In this document: piece after piece, positions 1 through 7,953 of the stretch
Layout of the letters: every line of letters starts with the position of its first letter
How positions within the stretch are numbered: the stretch's first letter is position 1
From: Candidatus Thorarchaeota archaeon
GTDB taxonomy: Archaea > Asgardarchaeota > Thorarchaeia > Thorarchaeales > Thorarchaeaceae
Length of the DNA stretch: 17,827 nucleotides
Reading direction: 5' to 3'
NCBI GenBank assembly: GCA_048882385.1
Contig: JBHLRQ010000067.1
Location: 1-17,827, forward strand
The notes under the pieces: model-generated
Told to the model about the DNA's origin: nothing
Seen by the model: only the letters and a program-made list of their open reading frames with translations
The model's database searches: none
Program-made: the position numbers and the translations under genes

Positions 1-153
1 GTCATGAGTCCTGGTGGCTCGCTCATGATAGATGAGAGTACGCCAGTTGAAATAATCATACCTCTGTTTGAAAAATACCAAGCTGTTCTCATTCACAATC
101 AAGGACGAATTCAAGGCATCATCACCCGTTCGGATCTTCTCAAACTCATCTAG
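1..153 (+). CDS. 3' end of a CBS-domain protein, probably an HTH-CBS transcriptional regulator (COG3620-like); partial
   Basis: Frame 1, translated by hand: VMSPGGSLMIDESTPVEIIIPLFEKYQAVLIHNQGRIQGIITRSDLLKLI*, with TAG at 151-153. GIITRSDLL is the CBS C-terminal signature. The HTH part lies outside the window and is inferred. Confidence 0.8.
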   Translation, partial: VMSPGGSLMIDESTPVEIIIPLFEKYQAVLIHNQGRIQGIITRSDLLKLI

Positions 154-154
154 A

Positions 155-162
155 CTTTTTTC
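155..162 (+). terminator. Archaeal oligo-T terminator candidate
   Basis: cttttttt lies 2 nt after the stop codon of the CBS gene. Confidence 0.5.
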
Positions 163-240
163 AGGACCACCAATGTAATGGAATTTACATGACAATAGGA
201 AATGTTCGTTATCGTTCATTCTCCTCAATTTGTGCCCCAG

Positions 241-255
241 AGAATGTCTTATATG
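241..255 (+). promoter_or_regulatory. BRE/TATA-like promoter for the CINP-like gene
   Basis: agaatgtcTTATATg, with the TATA-like box about 30 nt upstream of ATG 285. This fits a leaderless or short-leader mRNA. Confidence 0.45.
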
Positions 256-284
256 GGCAATTTGGCAGAGTCACATGGACAAAC

Positions 285-941
285 ATGGCACACTACCTAG
301 ATTCATTAGACGACCTCCGTGAGGGCCTTGATACCTTTGTCGAAAAATGGGCCAACATACAGAGGAAGTCTGTCAAGTCCATCCAAGCTCTTACAAACAC
401 TATCATGCAGATTGAGCATTTGGATGGTCCGTTGGGTAAGCTTGAAACTTTTCAAAATATTCGAGAGGATGCAAAGGGTATTCTACTTGTAAACCTTTAC
501 GACAGACTTGTGCCAGCTCTAGAGAGTTCCATTAGAGAGTTCACTAAGCTCATGCACATGTTCGAGAACCTTCGTCATACCTCCTCTAAGATTCAGACAT
601 TGACGGAAACCATGAGAGGAAATCTCACCGAGTCACCTGAACTTGAAGACCTGGTTGGATTTTTGGACCTCATCATGATTAGCGTTCGAGACATCCTGAA
701 TATGTATGAATCTGAGTTTCTAGTAAAGCTGACAATCTTCCGTGACTTCGAAGAAGGAGCCATTGAGATTGGTGTTGTCAGTAATTACCTTACAATCTGG
801 GGCATTGAACCCAACATTGAACAAAACGCAAGGGACAAACTCCTCAAAGATCTTGATGAACACGTTGAGCTACTACGGGATGTGTTTGCAGGAAAGACTG
901 GTATTAGAATTCCGGACTCGTACAAAAAGATTCAGCTCTAG
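285..941 (+). CDS. Alpha-helical protein resembling eukaryotic CINP / C1orf109 (AIRIM), the adaptors of the SPATA5-SPATA5L1 AAA+ ATPase complex
   Basis: The ORF runs 189-941, but ATG 285 (MAHYLD) is the likelier start given the TATA position. Motifs W-x(13)-N...LGKLETFQNIRE, ILNMYESEFLVKLTI and NYLTIWGIEPNIE resemble remembered C1orf109 and CINP segments. The CDS itself is well supported; the family call is inference. Confidence 0.6.
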   Translation: MAHYLDSLDDLREGLDTFVEKWANIQRKSVKSIQALTNTIMQIEHLDGPLGKLETFQNIREDAKGILLVNLYDRLVPALESSIREFTKLMHMFENLRHTSSKIQTLTETMRGNLTESPELEDLVGFLDLIMISVRDILNMYESEFLVKLTIFRDFEEGAIEIGVVSNYLTIWGIEPNIEQNARDKLLKDLDEHVELLRDVFAGKTGIRIPDSYKKIQL

Positions 942-961
942 TAGGATTGATTGTAATATAC

Positions 962-975
962 CGAAAGAGATAATT
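962..975 (+). promoter_or_regulatory. BRE/TATA-like promoter for the HdeD-like gene
   Basis: cgaaagaGATAATT lies about 25-30 nt before ATG 999. A similar GAAAG-x-(G/C)ATA pattern precedes the genes at 13614 and 16589. Confidence 0.35.
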
Positions 976-998
976 CTCAAATCTGAAATTCAGAGCAT

Positions 999-1601
999 AT
1001 GAGTGAGGAGCGAGATTTATCGAAGATTGGTTTACTTGATGATGCAATAGGCTTGATAGTTGTAATTTCTGCAATCACAGCAGTTTTGGAATTATCCTTT
1101 AGCTATGCATATGCTCTTGAAATCCTGTCAATAGGATTGTTAGCAATTGGCATTGCCTGGGTAGTATGGAGTATCTTTGTGATTCGTACTAATTTCTATG
1201 CTCGGATCTTCTTGTTAATTACTGGATTAAACACAATAATAATCTCAATTGTTGATTTTCTATTTTTCTCAGTACCCCCGGAATCGCTAATATTTTACCC
1301 TGCAACAGCAATGATTCTTATTGGAGTTTCAAGAATTGTACTTGGAGTTCTATTCTCCGAGATTCCACTCTGGATACAAATGCTATGGATAATGACTGGA
1401 ATCCTTACCATCAATTTGGCAGCTTTCGTTTTCATATTCCCCAATGTTGACCTCTCAGCAATGTTCATTTTCATAGTCATTGCATTTCTCGCTAATGGAC
1501 TTGTTAGATTAATTGTAGGCCGAACAGAATTCAAGAGGCAGCTGTTGAAACCGATGGAGGAATCAGCTGAGGATCCTTCAGCTACAACCAATAATCAGTG
1601 A
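999..1601 (+). CDS. HdeD/DUF308-like membrane protein with about 6 TM helices
   Basis: About six hydrophobic segments in repeated helical hairpins (LLAIGIAWVV, ILIGVSRIVLG, LANGLVRLIVG; ITGL, MTGIL), typical of DUF308 repeats. Confidence 0.6.
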   Translation: MSEERDLSKIGLLDDAIGLIVVISAITAVLELSFSYAYALEILSIGLLAIGIAWVVWSIFVIRTNFYARIFLLITGLNTIIISIVDFLFFSVPPESLIFYPATAMILIGVSRIVLGVLFSEIPLWIQMLWIMTGILTINLAAFVFIFPNVDLSAMFIFIVIAFLANGLVRLIVGRTEFKRQLLKPMEESAEDPSATTNNQ

Positions 1602-1650
1602 ATATTAGCCATGTAGCAAAGATGAAATATCTAAGTTCAGCACGTTATTT

Positions 1651-2151
1651 ATGGAAAATTCGAAGAATGAAGGTGATTGTAGTCTTCAGGTAGGAGATAC
1701 AGCACCAGATTTCATACTCCCTGGAACCAACGACGAGGACATTCATCTAAACGACCTTCTTGATAGCAATGTAGTGCTTGTCTTCTTCACAGATACTTTC
1801 ACTTTGATTTCGACAGGTCTGGCTAACTCTTTTCTTAAACTACATGAGTCACTAAGTAATTTAGGCGTGGTTTTCATCGGTATTGCCACTGAACCCTTAG
1901 CGGCATTAAAGACCTTCATTGAAGAGGAAGAGATTCCTTTCGTAATGGCTAGCGATTTCGATCGCACTGTTTCAAAAGCCTACGGAGTTTACGCAGATGA
2001 AGTTGGCTCTCTAAAGTGCGTTGCCAAGCCTAGCATAATTGTTGTTGATACAGATGGCAAGATTGACTATGTTTGGGTTGGAGAGAATGATGCTCTTTTT
2101 CCTGAAATAGATGTGGTTGCTGATAGAATCCTCAAATCCAAGTTGGATTAA
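1651..2151 (+). CDS. Peroxiredoxin (BCP/AhpC-TSA) fold protein lacking the peroxidatic Cys
   Basis: LQVGDTAPDFILP, VVLVFF, FVMASDFDRTVSKAYGV and IIVVDTDGKI are Prx/BCP hallmarks. The PxxxTxxC motif reads TDTFTLIS. Confidence 0.85.
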   Translation: MENSKNEGDCSLQVGDTAPDFILPGTNDEDIHLNDLLDSNVVLVFFTDTFTLISTGLANSFLKLHESLSNLGVVFIGIATEPLAALKTFIEEEEIPFVMASDFDRTVSKAYGVYADEVGSLKCVAKPSIIVVDTDGKIDYVWVGENDALFPEIDVVADRILKSKLD

Positions 2152-2157
2152 CCTGTA

Positions 2158-3240
2158 TTATACAAATTGCTCAAAGTAGATTGTGAAAATCTGTGCAATG
2201 AAAAAGAGAACTATCAGGAGTAAACCTTCTGCACGAGTTACTCGCCAATCTCGACGAATTATATAGAAGAAGACAATCGCAATTGAAAGTGTAAAACCTA
2301 ACATAACGACATTGCCAACAATCAACAATATCTGCGTGGGAATGAATAATGAGATTATTCCCAGACCCAAGGTGATATTGACAATATTACTACCTATGAC
2401 ATTTCCAATTAGCAATCTTCCAAAACCTCTCTTTGCACTATTTATTGAAACTGTGAGTTCCGGGAGAGAGGTTCCAATCGCAATGACCACAAATCCTATG
2501 ACTCCTTCCTGAATACCCCAAGTCTGTGTTATGAAATCACTTCCATTGACAACAAACTGGGCACCAAGCACAATTGAGAAAGCAGAAACAATCACTGCAA
2601 ATGGACTCTTCAGAGCTTCAATCGAAGATTTTTTGGTTTCTTGTACATCCAATTCTTTTTCTTTGACAGATCTTCTTGACGAGGATATGTATCCCCTCAA
2701 GGATGTCAAGAATTTAAACCGAATCAAATAATCTACAAACACATGAAACTGATAGCAGGATTCACATTCCTCTCTCCTTGTGAATAAGAAAGAAAGGTAA
2801 GCAAAAAACAGCACGATTAAAACCACGGCTTCCCAGAACACAATCATTCCCGGACTGAATGGTTCAAGAATAAACACTACCAACATTCCGAGGATGAATA
2901 GTAATACCTTAGCATCACGATCTAAGACAATGGCGTTTGAAGCAAGTGGACTCACTACTGCGCTAATTCCTATTATTAGAGTCAGATTTACTATTGTACT
3001 TCCAGTAATATTGGTAAAGGCAAGCTGTGATTTTCCAGCAATAACAGCAGTGATACTCGACACAATCTCAGGTAGAGATGTACCAATTGCAACAATTGTC
3101 AACCCAATGAAAAGTTCAGACACACCTAGTCGAAGTGCTAACTTTGATGCAGATTCTACAAAGACATCTGACCCATAGATGAGAAGTGCAAGACCTAGTA
3201 TAAACATACCAAAATTGAGGACGAAATATACTAGCTGCAT
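2158..3240 (-). CDS. Ca2+/Na+ (cation/Ca2+) antiporter, CaCA family, YrbG/NCX_Mj-like
   Basis: Two alpha-repeats (AIGTSLPEIVSS...TNITGSTIVN and AIGTSLPELTVS...GNVIGSNIVN) and about 10 TM helices with a central loop. Confidence 0.93.
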   Translation of the reverse strand: MQLVYFVLNFGMFILGLALLIYGSDVFVESASKLALRLGVSELFIGLTIVAIGTSLPEIVSSITAVIAGKSQLAFTNITGSTIVNLTLIIGISAVVSPLASNAIVLDRDAKVLLFILGMLVVFILEPFSPGMIVFWEAVVLIVLFFAYLSFLFTRREECESCYQFHVFVDYLIRFKFLTSLRGYISSSRRSVKEKELDVQETKKSSIEALKSPFAVIVSAFSIVLGAQFVVNGSDFITQTWGIQEGVIGFVVIAIGTSLPELTVSINSAKRGFGRLLIGNVIGSNIVNITLGLGIISLFIPTQILLIVGNVVMLGFTLSIAIVFFYIIRRDWRVTRAEGLLLIVLFFIAQIFTIYFEQFV

Positions 3241-3291
3241 CAGTTCCTCTAGACCCCCATTTCAAGTCTGGAATTCTATGCTTGAACATCT

Positions 3292-6150
3292 TTAGGTTGA
3301 CATTCGTGCTGCAACAGCTTTTCTTATTTCCTCCGCAATGAGCACAAAGAATCCTAAAAGAATAATCTCAGAAATTTCAACAATTCCGAGAGGAACTAAC
3401 CTGAAAATTTCACTTAAGTAGGGAATCAAGAAGAGTATTCCAACCAGAAAGATGTCAACAATATACACTGCTAAAATGTATCTATTTCTAAACACACCCA
3501 TCTCACGGATTGATTTAGTCTGAGATCTGCAGTTTTGAACACTGAACCACTGGACTACGATCAAGGTGACAAACATCATGGTCCGTACTTTGTTTTGCGC
3601 CGCAATCAACTCACTCTCAGTCTGTGCACTCGTGATAAATCCTAGATTTTGGTAGTAGACAAGTAAGACCATTGCTGCCATCACTATTCCGTAGAATATT
3701 GATCTACTAAGAGTCTGACGCGAAAGAACTCTCTCTTTCAAGGATCCCGGTCCTTGATCCAACAATCCCTTTTCTTTAGGTTCAAGTGAAAGAGCAATGT
3801 CCAACATACCATCTGTTACAAGGTTTACCCAAAGAATCTGGAGAGGTAATAGAAGGACGAGATACTCTCCCGTGAATAAAATCAGTATGGATAGTATCAG
3901 AAAACTTTCCGCAAGATTTGTAGAGGTCAGGAATAATACCACTCTCTTCAACGAACTCAGAATATTGCGTCCTTCCTCAATTCCATCTACTACTGTCTCA
4001 AATCTCTCATCTTGAAGGACTACATCGGACGCTTCCTTTGCAATGTCCGTACCTGTTATGCCCATCGCAATACCTACATTTGCCTGCCGAAGCGCAGGAC
4101 TGTCGTTGACTCCATCTCCTGTCATACTCACAATTTTGCCGGAGTCTTGGAGTGCTTTTACAATTCGCAATTTATGAAAAGGATTGGTTCGTGCAAGAAC
4201 TGTAGCACCACCATCCAATGTAGCTTTGAGCTCTTCATCATCCAAGGCATCGATATCATCACCATTCAGTGCAAGGTCTCCACGATGAGAATCGAAAATT
4301 CCTACTTCCTTGCCGATTGCTTGGGCTGTTAATTCATTATCCCCTGTTATCATCAATACATCTATTCCGGCTCTATTACTCTTCTCGATATAATTGGCAA
4401 CACCCTCCCTTGGTGGATCATTTATCCCACAGATTCCGACAAACACCAAATCCTTCAAGTCATCATCTGAAATTCGCGTATGATCCTTGTGTACATATTT
4501 TACTGCGCAAGAAAGAACTCGGAGTCCTTGAGATGCAAATTCATTCACAGTATTCTCAGTTCCAGAAGGTTTGGATAGAAATGATTCGATTCTCTCGGGC
4601 GCTCCTTTTACAATCAAAAGGTTTGAGTCATCAGTTTTGAGCCTACGTCCTGATGTATGTAATGTAGCCATATACTTGCGGTCACTAGAGAATGGGATCT
4701 CAGCAATTCTTGGCCTAGCCTCATCAAGCACATACTTGTGGAGACCTGCTTTTTCTAAACTGACTAATAATGCAGCTTCAGTTGGGGATCCCCTGATTCG
4801 CCATTCACGCTCTTCTCCTGTGCATTTCCTTACAGGATCATCCTCATCCAAACATACGGAGTAGAGATCCGAATCGTTACATAGTGCAAAGTAAGAAAGA
4901 AGTTCCTCGAGGTCGGGAAATTCGTTAAGCCTATCTCCTTTGATAGGTTCATTGGATTCAGGATCTGTTTCGGGATCGATTTCTTCATGAAGTTCTTGTG
5001 AACGTAGGCATCCTGCTGGTCCGCATCCCTCCTTGAAGATATTCCCACTACTTGCATCGAACCCGGAACCACTTACCTCGTAGTAATGGTTTGGAGTGAA
5101 TATTCTTCGAACCATCATCTGGTTTCTCGTTAATGTACCCGTTTTGTCAGAACAAATAACATTGACCAACCCAAGTGTTTCTACGACTCCCAGATTTCGG
5201 ATGATGACCTTTTTTCGTGATAACCTGTAGACTCCGACCGATAATACAATTGTAATGACTGCAATGAGCCCCTCAGGAATTGCAGACACCAGTGCAGATA
5301 GAGCAAACAGAATGAACTCACTAAGTCCAACCTGAGATGGGATATCCCTGTAGAATCCTAAGAATAGAGTTGTAAAGAGAAACATAACTGCCAAAACAAT
5401 GAAGAAAATGCTTAGCCTTTCTAAACGTACCATGACAGTTGTTTTTTCTTTCTCTACCCCAAGTAGCTCTTTGTTTATTTCTCCAAGAACTGTTTCATCT
5501 CCAATTTTCTCAACGACGACTCTTGCTCTTCCTTCAGTAACATAAGAGCCTGCGAAAACCTGGTTTGTTTTTTCGTAATAATGGGGATTTTCTACAAGAC
5601 ATACCACGTCTTTCTTTATAGGTACACTTTCACCTGTGAGGAGGCTTTCATCAACATGAAAATTACTTTCAAAGACAACCCTACCATCCGCAGGGATCTT
5701 TTCTCCAGTTCGAAGAAGTAATAGATCACTTGGAACTATCTCAGATGATCGAATTTCAAGCTCTTCTCCATTTCTGACCACAATGGATTTTTCTTCAATG
5801 AGTTTCTTGACTGACTCAATTGTGTTCTCTGCTCTCCATTCCTGCACAAATCCAATTATCGAATTAATCAGGAGAATGATTGCTATTACAATTGTATCTT
5901 CGACATGATTTCCAATGAAAGAGATTGCAGCAGCAAGGACAAGAACATAGACAAGCGGCGACTTGAACTGTCGTAAAAACATGACTAGCGAACTGTCTCT
6001 CTTTTCCAATGTGAGTTTGTTCTCCCCGAATTCCTCCCGTTTCTGCAAGACTTCATCTTCACCGAGTCCTTCCGGATTAGTACCGAGACTTAGCAAGCAT
6101 TCACTGTAATCCACATGTTCTTCTTGAATTGTAGTCTTTTCTTTATCCAT
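3292..6150 (-). CDS. P-type ATPase, type IIA (SERCA-like, probably Ca2+-transporting)
   Basis: TGES, IPEGL, CSDKTGTLT (phosphorylated Asp), KGAPE, DPPR, MITGD, TGDGVND, TM5 STNLAE and TM6 QILWVNLVTDG. Confidence 0.95.
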   Translation of the reverse strand: MDKEKTTIQEEHVDYSECLLSLGTNPEGLGEDEVLQKREEFGENKLTLEKRDSSLVMFLRQFKSPLVYVLVLAAAISFIGNHVEDTIVIAIILLINSIIGFVQEWRAENTIESVKKLIEEKSIVVRNGEELEIRSSEIVPSDLLLLRTGEKIPADGRVVFESNFHVDESLLTGESVPIKKDVVCLVENPHYYEKTNQVFAGSYVTEGRARVVVEKIGDETVLGEINKELLGVEKEKTTVMVRLERLSIFFIVLAVMFLFTTLFLGFYRDIPSQVGLSEFILFALSALVSAIPEGLIAVITIVLSVGVYRLSRKKVIIRNLGVVETLGLVNVICSDKTGTLTRNQMMVRRIFTPNHYYEVSGSGFDASSGNIFKEGCGPAGCLRSQELHEEIDPETDPESNEPIKGDRLNEFPDLEELLSYFALCNDSDLYSVCLDEDDPVRKCTGEEREWRIRGSPTEAALLVSLEKAGLHKYVLDEARPRIAEIPFSSDRKYMATLHTSGRRLKTDDSNLLIVKGAPERIESFLSKPSGTENTVNEFASQGLRVLSCAVKYVHKDHTRISDDDLKDLVFVGICGINDPPREGVANYIEKSNRAGIDVLMITGDNELTAQAIGKEVGIFDSHRGDLALNGDDIDALDDEELKATLDGGATVLARTNPFHKLRIVKALQDSGKIVSMTGDGVNDSPALRQANVGIAMGITGTDIAKEASDVVLQDERFETVVDGIEEGRNILSSLKRVVLFLTSTNLAESFLILSILILFTGEYLVLLLPLQILWVNLVTDGMLDIALSLEPKEKGLLDQGPGSLKERVLSRQTLSRSIFYGIVMAAMVLLVYYQNLGFITSAQTESELIAAQNKVRTMMFVTLIVVQWFSVQNCRSQTKSIREMGVFRNRYILAVYIVDIFLVGILFLIPYLSEIFRLVPLGIVEISEIILLGFFVLIAEEIRKAVAARMST

Positions 6151-6195
6151 AATCCCTCTCTCTCATACAACAACCAAACCAGTCTAATGGCAAAT

Positions 6196-6226
6196 TTAAA
6201 AGACGCGCTTTTTGGCTCGCTTTTAA
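6196..6226 (-). promoter_or_regulatory. Inverted repeat (hairpin) overlapping the antiporter stop codon, possibly with an internal TATA box for the ATPase
   Basis: ttaaaag (6196-6202) pairs with cttttaa (6220-6226), with inner CG/GC pairs. On the minus strand TTTAAAT lies about 45 nt upstream of the ATPase ATG. Confidence 0.3.
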
Positions 6227-7947
6227 GAATCATCCTCTGGCGAAATTGTTTCCTCTTGCATCCGTATTCTGTTTGCGACTTCTTCAATCTCAGCTTCTAA
6301 ATCACTCTTGAGACCTTGAAAAGTTCCCTCTGAAATCTTACCTGAGTCAAACTGTTTCTGATAGAATTCAAGTTTTGTTCTATAAATTTCTTCTCGGAAT
6401 CCTAGCTCTCGCACTCTCGCTCTTCGTTCAGAAACAACTCTCCTGAGCTCGTCCTCAAGTTTGTAAATTTCTTCTTCAAGCTCTGCCTTGAGTCTACTGT
6501 ATAACGGGGTGTCAACTTTTCCCTCAGTATATCGATCGACCAAATGAAGAAGAGCCTGTCTTGTAGCATCTCTATGGACAGTGATTTCTTGAGCTCGATC
6601 CTGTTTTTCAACAAGCCCGAGAATATTTGCGAAGAATGAGGTTGACAATCCCTGAACAACGAGGCTCACAATCAGTACGATAAAAACTATGGCATAGATT
6701 GTCGGGACAACTGTGGAGATAGCTGTAACAAAACTGGCTTCTGATGAATAGTGAATGATAACCGTCACTGCAATAGCTGCAAGCGCTGCACTGGCAACCC
6801 CTTTTATTCCCGCCCAGCTGAGGAAAAACCTCTCCTTGAAACCTATTGTTCTATCTCCTGCGGTCACGATAAAAACAGAGATTGGTCTTGCTACCAGAAT
6901 GACTAGTACAGAAGTCAACAGTCCAAGTCCAAGGATACCAGGATTCGCAATTATGAAAGTTATTGTTTCAGTTGAAGGGTCGCCCTCAATAAGTGGGACA
7001 CTAAGTGTGTACCCCAACAGGATGAAAACCACGATCTCAAAAAAGAATGATACGTTCTTCATTACACCTCTCATCGATCTTTGCGGGAGGGGCTCTAGTC
7101 CGATCATTCTTGCATTTGCCATAAATATTCCTGCAAACACAGCAGCTAGCGCACCTGGATGTATTGCAAAGACTGTAAAGAGCTCTCCCAATCCATAAGC
7201 TAGGAAAGGAGTTGTAGCAGTCAGAATTGTAACATTTGTGTCATCTCCTGCTTTAGGGATTGCCCATCCTATAATTCGCGCAACAATGTATCCTAAAGCA
7301 ACACCAAGACCCATACTTGCTAGAAATTCGCCAGCTATGAGTCCCCAGTTTGTACCACCAGTCAAGTTTGCTAAAGATGCAATCACTATTGGCTCAAAAA
7401 CTAAAATAACAAGAATTACTGATGTTGCGTCATTGAATACTGCCTCACCTTCCAATATTGAAAAGAGTTTCCTTTTGACTCTGACACCTCCTGATTCTAA
7501 TACAGAGAATAGGGCGGCTGGATCAGTTGGAGCTAGTATTGCTCCAATTAGAAATGCAGCAATCCCTACTGGGATACCTATAGCTGCTGTTGATGCCTCT
7601 ATTGCAAAACCACCGATTAAAGCTGTTGCGAAGACTCCTGCTGTTGCCAATAACATCACATTTTGTATCGACAATCGTAATTCTCGAAGGTTCAATGTGA
7701 GACCTGCATAGAAAAGAACTGTTGCAAGTGTTAATTGAGCAATAAAATCAAATCCAGCAATCTGTACTAGCTGAGTACCAGGATTCAGTGAAATCAAAAC
7801 ACGACCCATGGCAAGACCGGTCAAGACCAATGGAATAGGATGAGGAACCCGGTATCTTTCAGCGGCTTTTGCTATTGCTACTCCAATGATAAGGATTCCA
7901 GCTATCAAAACAAGAATTGTTGTAGAAAGCTCTTCTCCCTGCATCAA
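6223..7947 (-). CDS. Cation:proton antiporter, CPA1/NhaP type, with a C-terminal coiled-coil tail
   Basis: APTDPAA, ILEGEAVFNDA, VARP, WAGIKG and SLVVQG motifs, about 13 TM helices and a charged helical tail of about 130 aa. Start is TTG 7947 or ATG 7944. Confidence 0.92.
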   Translation of the reverse strand: MMQGEELSTTILVLIAGILIIGVAIAKAAERYRVPHPIPLVLTGLAMGRVLISLNPGTQLVQIAGFDFIAQLTLATVLFYAGLTLNLRELRLSIQNVMLLATAGVFATALIGGFAIEASTAAIGIPVGIAAFLIGAILAPTDPAALFSVLESGGVRVKRKLFSILEGEAVFNDATSVILVILVFEPIVIASLANLTGGTNWGLIAGEFLASMGLGVALGYIVARIIGWAIPKAGDDTNVTILTATTPFLAYGLGELFTVFAIHPGALAAVFAGIFMANARMIGLEPLPQRSMRGVMKNVSFFFEIVVFILLGYTLSVPLIEGDPSTETITFIIANPGILGLGLLTSVLVILVARPISVFIVTAGDRTIGFKERFFLSWAGIKGVASAALAAIAVTVIIHYSSEASFVTAISTVVPTIYAIVFIVLIVSLVVQGLSTSFFANILGLVEKQDRAQEITVHRDATRQALLHLVDRYTEGKVDTPLYSRLKAELEEEIYKLEDELRRVVSERRARVRELGFREEIYRTKLEFYQKQFDSGKISEGTFQGLKSDLEAEIEEVANRIRMQEETISPEDDS

Positions 7948-7953
7948 GGAAAA

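Noticed and set aside
189-284. N-terminal 32-codon extension of the first ORF (ATG 189)
   Set aside because: It spans a TATA-like box and does not resemble the helical remainder of the protein. ATG 285 fits better.
1810-1812. Possible selenocysteine at the peroxiredoxin active site
   Set aside because: The codon is TCG (Ser), not TGA, and the reading frame is uninterrupted.
3261-3286. Inverted repeat TTCAAG...CTTGAA between the ATPase and CaCA genes
   Set aside because: Only 6-bp arms with a poorly paired interior and no T-tract, so it is compatible with chance.
6795-6818. GIKG instead of GLRG/GPRG in the antiporter as a sign of altered electrogenicity
   Set aside because: The ND motif and the ARP arginine typical of electroneutral CPA1 are retained, and R-to-K at this position is conservative.
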